Positions 8,320-14,416 of a DNA stretch of 20,000 bases are shown here, piece after piece; positions within the stretch are counted from its first letter, which is position 1, and every line of letters begins with the position of its first letter. Origin of the DNA: an uncultured virus (IMG/VR IMGVR_UViG_3300022555_000013) (taxonomy: Duplodnaviria; Heunggongvirae; Uroviricota; Caudoviricetes). The stretch lies in IMG/VR virus record IMGVR_UViG_3300022555_000013; one strand, 5' to 3'. Under the pieces are notes generated by a model. It saw only the letters and a program-made list of their open reading frames with translations. It was not told the DNA's origin and searched no databases. The translations under genes were made by a program, and so were the position numbers.

Positions 8320-8330
8320 GTTCTTTGACA
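8320..8330 (+). promoter_or_regulatory. boxA-like antitermination element GTTCTTTGACA
   Basis: Same motif at 6443, 6632 and 19825; resembles rRNA-operon boxA. Confidence 0.6.
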
Positions 8331-8381
8331 TATTGATTTAAAAAATTGCATTCACTGGAATCCAATTCCAGTGAATGAAAT

Positions 8382-8459
8382 GCGTCTGTAGCTCAGATGG
8401 TAGATAAAAGCACCGCTCTTTTAAAGCGGGGGTCGACAGTTCGAACCTGTCCAGACGCA
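8382..8459 (+). tRNA. tRNA-Lys(UUU), enlarged D loop
   Basis: GCGTCTG/CAGACGC; CCGCT-CTTTTAA-AGCGG; GACAG-TTCGAAC-CTGTC. Confidence 0.9.
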
Positions 8460-8464
8460 CAAAT

Positions 8465-8547
8465 ACGGCAGTAGGCATTGGTAAGCCCAGCAGTCTCCAA
8501 AACTGTAACCCGAAAGGGTCTTAAGCGTTCAAATCGTTTCTGCCGTG
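8465..8547 (+). tRNA. tRNA-Trp(CCA) with long variable arm
   Basis: ACGGCAG/CTGCCGT-G; GCAGT-CTCCAAA-ACTGT; variable hairpin ACCC-GAAA-GGGT; AAGCG-TTCAAAT-CGTTT. Confidence 0.85.
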
Positions 8548-8552
8548 CAAAT

Positions 8553-8641
8553 GGAAGATGAAGCTGGCGTTGGGCTGGTCACGGTTTTGAAAACCGAGGG
8601 TACGGGTTAAACCGTATGGGAATCGTGCTCTCCTTCTTCCG
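8553..8641 (+). tRNA. tRNA-Ser(UGA), atypical D and T loops
   Basis: GGAAGA/TCTTCC-G; CGGT-TTTGAAA-ACCG; long variable arm TACGG/CCGTA. Confidence 0.75.
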
Positions 8642-8642
8642 C

Positions 8643-8716
8643 TGGGATTAAAGAATACATCCAGCAAATTAAAAAACTTGTTCTGAAAACACAAACCAAA
8701 ACGTATTCTGTTCCCA
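8643..8716 (+). ncRNA. Small hairpin RNA with CAGCAA bulge and a Phe-like anticodon loop (CTGAAAA)
   Basis: TGGGA..AGAATAC / GTATTCT..TCCCA closing helix; TTGT-T-CTGAAAA-C-ACAA inner stem-loop. Confidence 0.45.
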
Positions 8717-8722
8717 AAATTT

Positions 8723-8807
8723 GGAGGTTCCCAGTTGGTGTGGTATACCGCCTCGAAAGCGGTGAAATCAATAAAATGATGTTAGAGATCGTCACTCTAA
8801 ACCTCCG
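8723..8807 (+). tRNA. tRNA-Ser(CGA), atypical D and T loops
   Basis: GGAGGTT/AACCTCC-G; ACCGC-CTCGAAA-GCGGT; TAGAG-ATCGTCA-CTCTA. Confidence 0.75.
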
Positions 8808-8816
8808 CAAACTAAT

Positions 8817-8904
8817 GGAAGCGTACCCAAATGGTAAAGGGGGCAATTTGCTAAATTGTTAGGACGGTAATTCCGTTGCGTGAGTTCGAACCTCACCGTT
8901 TCCT
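8817..8904 (+). tRNA. tRNA-Ser(GCU)
   Basis: GGAAGCG/CGTTTCC; GCAAT-TTGCTAA-ATTGT; long variable arm; GTGAG-TTCGAAC-CTCAC. Confidence 0.9.
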
Positions 8905-8912
8905 CTAAATAT

Positions 8913-8986
8913 GGCGTTATTAGATAATGGTAGTCGGTCACACTGTGGATGTGTTCATGATATCGGTTCAACTCCGATATAACGCC
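8913..8986 (+). tRNA. tRNA-His(GUG)
   Basis: G-1 plus GCGTTAT/ATAACGC-C73; CACA-CTGTGGA-TGTG; ATCGG-TTCAACT-CCGAT. Confidence 0.85.
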
Positions 8987-8991
8987 CAAAT

Positions 8992-9076
8992 ATGGAAGTA
9001 GTTTAACTGGTAAAACACCGCTCATCGAGGGCGGAGAGTGTCAGTACCAAAAAAGGTTCGAACCCTACCTTCCATA
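8992..9076 (+). pseudogene. Degenerate tRNA-Arg(UCG)-like gene
   Basis: ATGGAAG/CTTCCAT; D arm intact; CCGCT-CATCGAG-GGCGG (A33 instead of U33); T stem interrupted by a CCAAAAAA insertion. Confidence 0.55.
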
Positions 9077-9089
9077 CAAATTTTTAAAT

Positions 9090-9180
9090 GGTGATTGTAG
9101 TTCCGTAATTGGTAGCGGGCCTGACTGTGAATCAGGTGAGCGGAAGCTCCTTGCGAGATCGTACCTCGTCTTTCACCCCA
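9090..9180 (+). tRNA. tRNA-His(GUG) with long variable arm and encoded CCA
   Basis: CCTGA-CTGTGAA-TCAGG; variable hairpin GAGC-GGAA-GCTC; GCGAG-ATCGTAC-CTCGT; acceptor with mismatches. Confidence 0.7.
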
Positions 9181-9184
9181 AAAT

Positions 9185-9255
9185 GCGGTTGTAGCTGAGT
9201 AGGTTAGCACTGGCGTGAAGCCCCAGAGACATCGGTTCGATCCCGATCATCCGCA
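9185..9255 (+). tRNA. tRNA-Phe(GAA) with atypical anticodon loop
   Basis: GCGGTTG/CATCCGC; CTGG-C-GTGAAGC-C-CCAG; ATCGG-TTCGATC-CCGAT. Confidence 0.7.
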
Positions 9256-9263
9256 CAAAAAAC

Positions 9264-9359
9264 GGGGAAGATACCTCACAACTTTGGAAAGTGGGGGATA
9301 ATCTGGAAAGATTATATGCAGCAAAATCAAACAAATTGGTTCGATTCCATTCTTCCCCA
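9264..9359 (+). ncRNA. tRNA-like element (acceptor and T arm; two internal TGGAAA hairpins)
   Basis: GGGGAAG/CTTCCCC-A; TGG-TTCGATT-CCA; ATAATCT-GGAA-AGATTAT hairpin; no canonical D or anticodon arm. Confidence 0.55.
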
Positions 9360-9364
9360 CCTAT

Positions 9365-9439
9365 GGTCTGGTAGCTCCTAACTGGTAGAGCAAGGGACTG
9401 AAAATCCCTGTGTTGGCGGTTCAAATCCGTCTCAGACCA
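9365..9439 (+). tRNA. tRNA-Phe(GAA)
   Basis: GGTCTGG/TCAGACC-A; AGGGA-CTGAAAA-TCCCT; GGCGG-TTCAAAT-CCGTC. Confidence 0.95.
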
Positions 9440-9444
9440 CAAAT

Positions 9445-9530
9445 GGAAGTTTGACAGAGTTTGGTAATGTGCCAGTTTGGAAGACTGAGTCGGGGTAAAA
9501 CCTACGGGGGATCAAAGCCCTCAACTTCCG
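9445..9530 (+). tRNA. tRNA-Ser(GGA)
   Basis: GGAAGTT/AACTTCC-G; CAGT-TTGGAAG-ACTG; long variable arm; GGGGG-ATCAAAG-CCCTC. Confidence 0.8.
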
Positions 9531-9590
9531 CTAAAAATATTAAAGTCGTATTTTTTTATTTATATATAGTAAAAAGATACGACCATTAAT

Positions 9591-10490
9591 ATGAAAAAAA
9601 TATGTGAAAATTGTAATCAAGAATATGAAACAAATCAAAGTAAATCTAAATTTTGTGAAAAAAAATGTAGACTAATTTTTCATAAAAAGATAAGCCCATC
9701 AAATAATGAAAGTGAAAATATATTAAAATGGTCGAAGAAATTAAAAGCTATTAATTTACTTGAAAATAAATGTAAAATATGTGGAGATGATAATATATTT
9801 CATTTAATATTTCATCATAAAGAAAATAATAAGGTATATAAAATAGCTGGTATTTGGGATAAAAGATGGAGTGATATAAAAAAAGAAATAGAAAAATGTG
9901 AACTGCTATGTGAAAATTGTCATAGAGAAAAACACTATAATGAAAAAGAATATGAAAGTAGAAGAAAAACAAAAGAAATTATAGTTAATTATAAAGGTAA
10001 TAAATGTGAAATTTGTGGATATAATAAAAGTTTAGCAGCACTAATATTTCATCATAAAGATAAAAATAATAAAAAATATGAAATTGGTAAAATAAACATA
10101 AGAGTTGATAACTTGCAGCAATTAAATGATGATGTTATGCTTGAAATAGATAAATGTGAATTATTATGTTCAAATTGCCATCGTGAAAAGCATGCAAGCA
10201 ATATTAATTTAGAAAAAATATTGAATAAATCAGAAATATACAAGGAGCAAGGTAAAAAAATTGATAAAAATATGATTTTCAAATTATATTTTGAAGATAA
10301 CAAAAAGATAATTGAAATATCAAAAATATTAAATTGCTCTAAAAGTAGTATAAGTGAGATTATTAAAGAAGAAAAGATTAAAAAATTAAAATATACAAAA
10401 GTCTTTTCAAGTCCCCAAAAAGGAACGGTAACTGACGAAAAGTCCCATCGTAGGTTTGAATCCTACTTGGCGCACAAACGGGTTCTGTAG
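9591..10490 (+). CDS. Free-standing HNH homing endonuclease-like protein with tandem HNH domains and C-terminal HTH
   Basis: Two repeats of CxxCG...FHH...KCELLCxNCHRExH; N-terminal CxxC; IIEISKILNCSKSSISEII HTH-like; much lower GC than flanks. Confidence 0.85.
   Translation: MKKICENCNQEYETNQSKSKFCEKKCRLIFHKKISPSNNESENILKWSKKLKAINLLENKCKICGDDNIFHLIFHHKENNKVYKIAGIWDKRWSDIKKEIEKCELLCENCHREKHYNEKEYESRRKTKEIIVNYKGNKCEICGYNKSLAALIFHHKDKNNKKYEIGKINIRVDNLQQLNDDVMLEIDKCELLCSNCHREKHASNINLEKILNKSEIYKEQGKKIDKNMIFKLYFEDNKKIIEISKILNCSKSSISEIIKEEKIKKLKYTKVFSSPQKGTVTDEKSHRRFESYLAHKRVL
10450..10474 (+). pseudogene. 3' remnant of a tRNA (T arm plus acceptor 3' strand)
   Basis: GTAGG-TTTGAAT-CCTAC-TTGGCGC-A with no matching 5' half upstream. 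Confidence 0.55.
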
Positions 10491-10581
10491 TGCAAGTGGT
10501 AGCACAGTTGTAAACCAGAAAAGTGTTGGGGAAACCCAAATTATAAAACAAAATGAGTGGGTTCAAGTCCCACCAGAACCC
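10480..10581 (+). ncRNA. tRNA-like element with intact acceptor, D and T arms but expanded, non-canonical anticodon region
   Basis: GGTTCTG/CAGAACC; GTGC-AAGTGGTA-GCAC; GTGGG-TTCAAGT-CCCAC; internal TTGGG-GAAA-CCCAA hairpin. Confidence 0.6.
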
Positions 10582-10585
10582 CTAA

Positions 10586-11098
10586 CTAACAAATTATTTC
10601 AGTCAAAGCGGTTTCATCATTAGGTGCTGTATTGTTTCCCCCATGATAAAAATTCAATTCAAATTCCAATTTAGAATCTTTTAAATTGTTATCTATTTCA
10701 GCCTGACCAATATTAGAGCATGAAAAATAATATTTGTTGTTTTTGCTTTCAATTTTACAGTCATAAATAACGCCAGATATAAAATCACCCATTTCAACAC
10801 TTACATGCTGCCCTGTATTTGTATCATATGCGTAAGCAAATAGTTTAAAATGGTTTTTAAAAATGAAATTTGGCACCCATCCTAATCTCCAGCTATTTTT
10901 ATGATGATTGAAACCAAATCCGATGCCAACAAGTTTATTTATATCATAATCGTCACTATTTCTTGTTGGGCTCCACCAGCAGTTGTCATCTAATTTAAAT
11001 TTAACTGACCAAAGGTTTTTATTCCAATGCATTCTAAACAATGACAACCAAGCAAATTGGCAATAATGATTACCTTTTTTTATAGTGTATTTCTTCAT
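10586..11098 (-). CDS. Hypothetical protein (beta-rich), inverted within the tRNA array
   Basis: 170-aa ORF with TAATATATA motif just upstream. Confidence 0.8.
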   Translation of the reverse strand: MKKYTIKKGNHYCQFAWLSLFRMHWNKNLWSVKFKLDDNCWWSPTRNSDDYDINKLVGIGFGFNHHKNSWRLGWVPNFIFKNHFKLFAYAYDTNTGQHVSVEMGDFISGVIYDCKIESKNNKYYFSCSNIGQAEIDNNLKDSKLEFELNFYHGGNNTAPNDETALTEIIC

Positions 11099-11122
11099 TT
11101 TTTAATTGTATATATTAAAAAT

Positions 11123-11193
11123 ACGAGTGTAGCACAATGGTAGTGCAGCGGTCTCCAAAACCGCCTATGGAGGTTCAATCCCTTCCACTCGTA
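11123..11193 (+). tRNA. tRNA-Trp(CCA)
   Basis: ACGAGTG/CACTCGT; GCGGT-CTCCAAA-ACCGC; GGAGG-TTCAATC-CCTTC. Confidence 0.93.
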
Positions 11194-11212
11194 CCGCAAA
11201 TCATATTTTATT

Positions 11213-11285
11213 GACCTCGTAGCTTAATTGATAGAGTAACTGGCTTTTAACCAGTGGGTTCTGGGTTTGAGTCCCAGCGGGGTCA
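11213..11285 (+). tRNA. tRNA-Lys(UUU)
   Basis: GACCTCG/CGGGGTC; ACTGG-CTTTTAA-CCAGT; CTGGG-TTTGAGT-CCCAG. Confidence 0.9.
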
Positions 11286-11357
11286 CTTCGGGTCGCCAGA
11301 TTGTTATATTTTCATAGGGCATGCACCCCTTCAAGCAGGGTCCATAGAAAATAGATT

Positions 11358-11430
11358 GGGTTCGTATCACAATTGGTAGTGAAACTGTCTCTTAAACAGT
11401 GCTATAAGGGTTCAAATCCCTTTGAGCCCA
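11358..11430 (+). tRNA. tRNA-Lys(CUU)
   Basis: GGGTTCG/TGAGCCC; ACTGT-CTCTTAA-ACAGT; AAGGG-TTCAAAT-CCCTT. Confidence 0.92.
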
Positions 11431-11449
11431 CAAATTTTTTAAATCAATA

Positions 11450-11776
11450 TTACAGGTCAAATTGCTTGGTACTTTTTCTTCTACCTTTTAGTAAGTTGTA
11501 TTCCCTTAAAGTTTCTTCAGTTGGCGGATACCCAAATTCGTTTCTATTTCTATCGCAGCAATACAATTTGAATGATGGTTTATCGTGAGCTGGTTCAGAT
11601 ATTGTTATATCCCAAATTCTAATAGTTTGACCAATATCATCAATGATATCAGCCCATTGCGGTGTTGGATTAATAATTTTATATGTTTTTCCAATTGTAA
11701 ATTCCCAACCATTTTCAGCATCTAAGCAGATAACGGATTCCCCAATTTCTTCGAATATTTTAAAGTTAGTAATCAT
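11450..11776 (-). CDS. Hypothetical protein with MITNFKIFEE N-terminus
   Basis: 108-aa ORF; divergent TATATA motifs at 11781-11809. Confidence 0.75.
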   Translation of the reverse strand: MITNFKIFEEIGESVICLDAENGWEFTIGKTYKIINPTPQWADIIDDIGQTIRIWDITISEPAHDKPSFKLYCCDRNRNEFGYPPTEETLREYNLLKGRRKSTKQFDL

Positions 11777-11813
11777 GCTCTATATATAATTTTCAAATTT
11801 TATATATACTTAA

Positions 11814-12272
11814 ATGATAACAAAATTTTTATTGTTTGAAGAAAAAAATGAATTTCAAACAGCAACTTTTGATAATTTGCCATTAGATTACCAAATAGGA
11901 TTAATGACATATATGTATGAGGGGAAACCTGTTGAATGGTCTATTAATGATAGTGTGGATTGGGTTAATGATATAGGCAAGATAAAAATACTTATTGCAG
12001 ATTACTCTAAAGTGTATGGAAATAAAAAATTTAAGTTTGGTTTATACAAAACTCAAAAACTAATAAATAAAGTTATAGATTGTCTGGGTATAGATGATTG
12101 GAAAGAATATCATGATTCATATATGAGTACTAATAAAGTTAATTATACAGATACTATTTATCCAGTAATTGTTAATAATGAAAATGATGAATTTATAGAA
12201 GATGGGTGGCACCGTTTTCATTATTATATTCATCGTGGATATGATTCAATCCCTGTAATTTTTTTAAATTAA
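11814..12272 (+). CDS. ParB/Sulfiredoxin-like nuclease-fold protein with MITKFLLFEE N-terminus
   Basis: YPVIV...FIEDGWHRF...GYDSIPVI matches the ParB-N DGxHR motif. Confidence 0.65.
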   Translation: MITKFLLFEEKNEFQTATFDNLPLDYQIGLMTYMYEGKPVEWSINDSVDWVNDIGKIKILIADYSKVYGNKKFKFGLYKTQKLINKVIDCLGIDDWKEYHDSYMSTNKVNYTDTIYPVIVNNENDEFIEDGWHRFHYYIHRGYDSIPVIFLN

Positions 12273-12312
12273 TATTTATTTATACCTTTGCGTTAACTCA
12301 AAATTTAATACT

Positions 12313-12624
12313 ATGTTCATAACTGAAAATTATTTAGTTACAGATTACAGGTTTAAAAGAAAAACTAAAAACAAGGTAAAGTTTTTTGTAAATTCTGAAT
12401 TTGGAATCACACTAACAAAAGATGCTACTGGCGGATTTTACAATGATGAAACCAAAGAAACGTATTATGAAAATGGTGATATCATTAAAATAATTAGGAT
12501 CAAGTCTATTGAGCAAAAATCTAAAAAATTTCGTGCTGGGTTACCACAAATTAATTTAGATCAGGGTGATTTTGATAAAGTGTATCGTAAGCTCCCTCCC
12601 CTTGAAATAAAGGAACTTTCTTGA
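12313..12624 (+). CDS. Hypothetical protein
   Basis: 103-aa ORF after TACCTTTG (12283-12290). Confidence 0.75.
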   Translation: MFITENYLVTDYRFKRKTKNKVKFFVNSEFGITLTKDATGGFYNDETKETYYENGDIIKIIRIKSIEQKSKKFRAGLPQINLDQGDFDKVYRKLPPLEIKELS

Positions 12625-12803
12625 TTAAAGCTAAAACAATGAAGCGTGTTGTTGAGATTGCCAACAACACAACATTAGTTAACTTAAATATAAATCACTC
12701 ATATCTTGCCCAATACTGTTCTGACTTAACAGATCATGCCAATGCGCTGGAAGCCACAAAGGATTTAGGTGAAGAAGGTATCATTAAATGGAAAGAAGAT
12801 TAA
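12621..12803 (+). CDS. Hypothetical protein
   Basis: 60-aa ORF overlapping previous stop (TTGA); start uncertain. Confidence 0.5.
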   Translation: MIKAKTMKRVVEIANNTTLVNLNINHSYLAQYCSDLTDHANALEATKDLGEEGIIKWKED

Positions 12804-13102
12804 TTTTTTTTCTGGGGTTTCAAATTTAATTTTTTAAGCTTCAGCTTTCGATTTATTTTAATACATTCATCATCTTGGATGGCATTTGTATAATGAATTC
12901 CAGTAATTGGTGCATCTTCTGTTGAATGACCCCATGGCTCTATATCATAGAATATAGCTTCTTCCCTTCTTCTACTATTACTTGCCACTACATCACTATA
13001 AACACGTGATATTCGATATGTGGCATCATACCACATAACTGGCGAAAATTGATCAAAATTTCGAACCTTTATAATTTCCCCGACACTTAATACTTTATCC
13101 AT
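12800..13102 (-). CDS. Hypothetical protein with RKLKLKKL tail
   Basis: Start placed at MDKVLSVGE (13102), right after the methyltransferase stop, rather than 13246. Confidence 0.7.
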   Translation of the reverse strand: MDKVLSVGEIIKVRNFDQFSPVMWYDATYRISRVYSDVVASNSRRREEAIFYDIEPWGHSTEDAPITGIHYTNAIQDDECIKINRKLKLKKLNLKPQKKN

Positions 13103-13103
13103 A

Positions 13104-13823
13104 TTATTTTCTTGCCAGAATCCAGCATTGGCAGGGTCGTTCAAATATATTATGTGTTGGAATAGGACTATTGGAAAGAAAGGGCCAATTATTTTTAAAG
13201 AATACTGATTCAATATATTCCAAATTTCCCCACTGACCGATTTCAAGGATTTCGAATCCAGCTTGTTTTAATAAACAACCTAATCCAACTGGTGTAAAAC
13301 CCGTAATAAAGTTTTCTGGATATCCATGAATAAGATTTAATGTCGGCACATTGCAATAAAAATAGGCACCTTTAACCAGTTGATTATATACGTTTTGAAC
13401 ACATAATACTGGATTATATAAATGTTCTAATACTTGATTCAGCATCACAAAATCATAATCATTTTTGGGGATGTCTAATTTATGAAGATCATATTTATCA
13501 TTATCGTCATCATAATTAAAATTAAAGAATTCTTCTGGTTCTAAAAATTTCAATTCCGCATCGTGAGCAGCACTAAAACCTAACATTTTTTTAGGTTTTA
13601 TATTATATTTTTTAACATATCTTTCAAATTCTTGAACTGCAATAACCCTTGGGACTTCACTATCGATCCAATTCCACTTTTCAATCTCAGTTATTATTTT
13701 ACGATATCTCATTTGATATTCATAAGTATTGTTTTTCAACACCAAGTCATAAATTTCTTGTATTTCGTGTTTTTCTAATAACCTTGTAGTATTATCTAAT
13801 CCTGACTGACCGCTGTTATTCAT
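13104..13823 (-). CDS. Class I SAM-dependent methyltransferase (type 11-like)
   Basis: YDFVMLNQVLEHLYNP...LVKGAYFYCNVP...GFEILE pattern. Confidence 0.8.
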   Translation of the reverse strand: MNNSGQSGLDNTTRLLEKHEIQEIYDLVLKNNTYEYQMRYRKIITEIEKWNWIDSEVPRVIAVQEFERYVKKYNIKPKKMLGFSAAHDAELKFLEPEEFFNFNYDDDNDKYDLHKLDIPKNDYDFVMLNQVLEHLYNPVLCVQNVYNQLVKGAYFYCNVPTLNLIHGYPENFITGFTPVGLGCLLKQAGFEILEIGQWGNLEYIESVFFKNNWPFLSNSPIPTHNIFERPCQCWILARK

Positions 13824-13907
13824 ATTTGAATTTTTTTTTCATCTATTTTATATAAAAGTTTTTTTTAAAAGTTTAATTGATTATCTTTGTACCCAAAATG
13901 AAAGGAA

Positions 13908-14309
13908 ATGGAAAAAATAACTAAGATAGAACCATTTACAGTTGAAGATTTCAATCAACTTGAAATTGACGGTGATTTTATTTATTGCGGAAATGTTCAT
14001 TTGTTCATGGAAACACAAATGGGCAGACCAAGAATCAATAACCCATTTGGAATAACATTTGAACAAATGCGAAAGGCATTTGGTAGCCAATCATTTGAAA
14101 TGGATGAAGCTTCATATTGGATGCTTGAATGGGGCGGCAAAAAATGGTATGTTGATATTGATGGGCATGAAGAAGGCTCTGGAATTTCATTATACACCGA
14201 ACTTCCCGATGGCAAGAAAAATGACCCAAAAATAATCAAAATTTCATTTGGACCGCATGTCATCTTGCTCAGGATTTTTTTGAGTTTAATAAACATGAGG
14301 TTAATATAA
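13908..14309 (+). CDS. Hypothetical protein; may be frameshifted near 14225-14232 with true end at 14377
   Basis: ORF after TATCTTTG (13882-13889); -1 frame continues NNQNFIWTACHLAQDFFEF...KTKKA-stop. Confidence 0.7.
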   Translation: MEKITKIEPFTVEDFNQLEIDGDFIYCGNVHLFMETQMGRPRINNPFGITFEQMRKAFGSQSFEMDEASYWMLEWGGKKWYVDIDGHEEGSGISLYTELPDGKKNDPKIIKISFGPHVILLRIFLSLINMRLI

Positions 14310-14416
14310 AAAGTGGTCATCCGAATCGTGATGGTTATCCATGGATCATTGTAAGCCACAAAACCAAAAAAGCCTGAAAATCTTCCGATTGATTATAAAT
14401 TATACAGGGATTTTTA

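Noticed and set aside
8607..9442. Minus-strand ORFs 8607-8846, 8792-9025, 9022-9210, 9173-9442
   Set aside because: Antisense shadows of tRNA genes.
9531..10480. HNH gene as part of a group I intron in a tRNA
   Set aside because: Upstream tRNA-Ser is complete, there is no 5' exon matching the 10450-10474 fragment, and no room for a ribozyme core.
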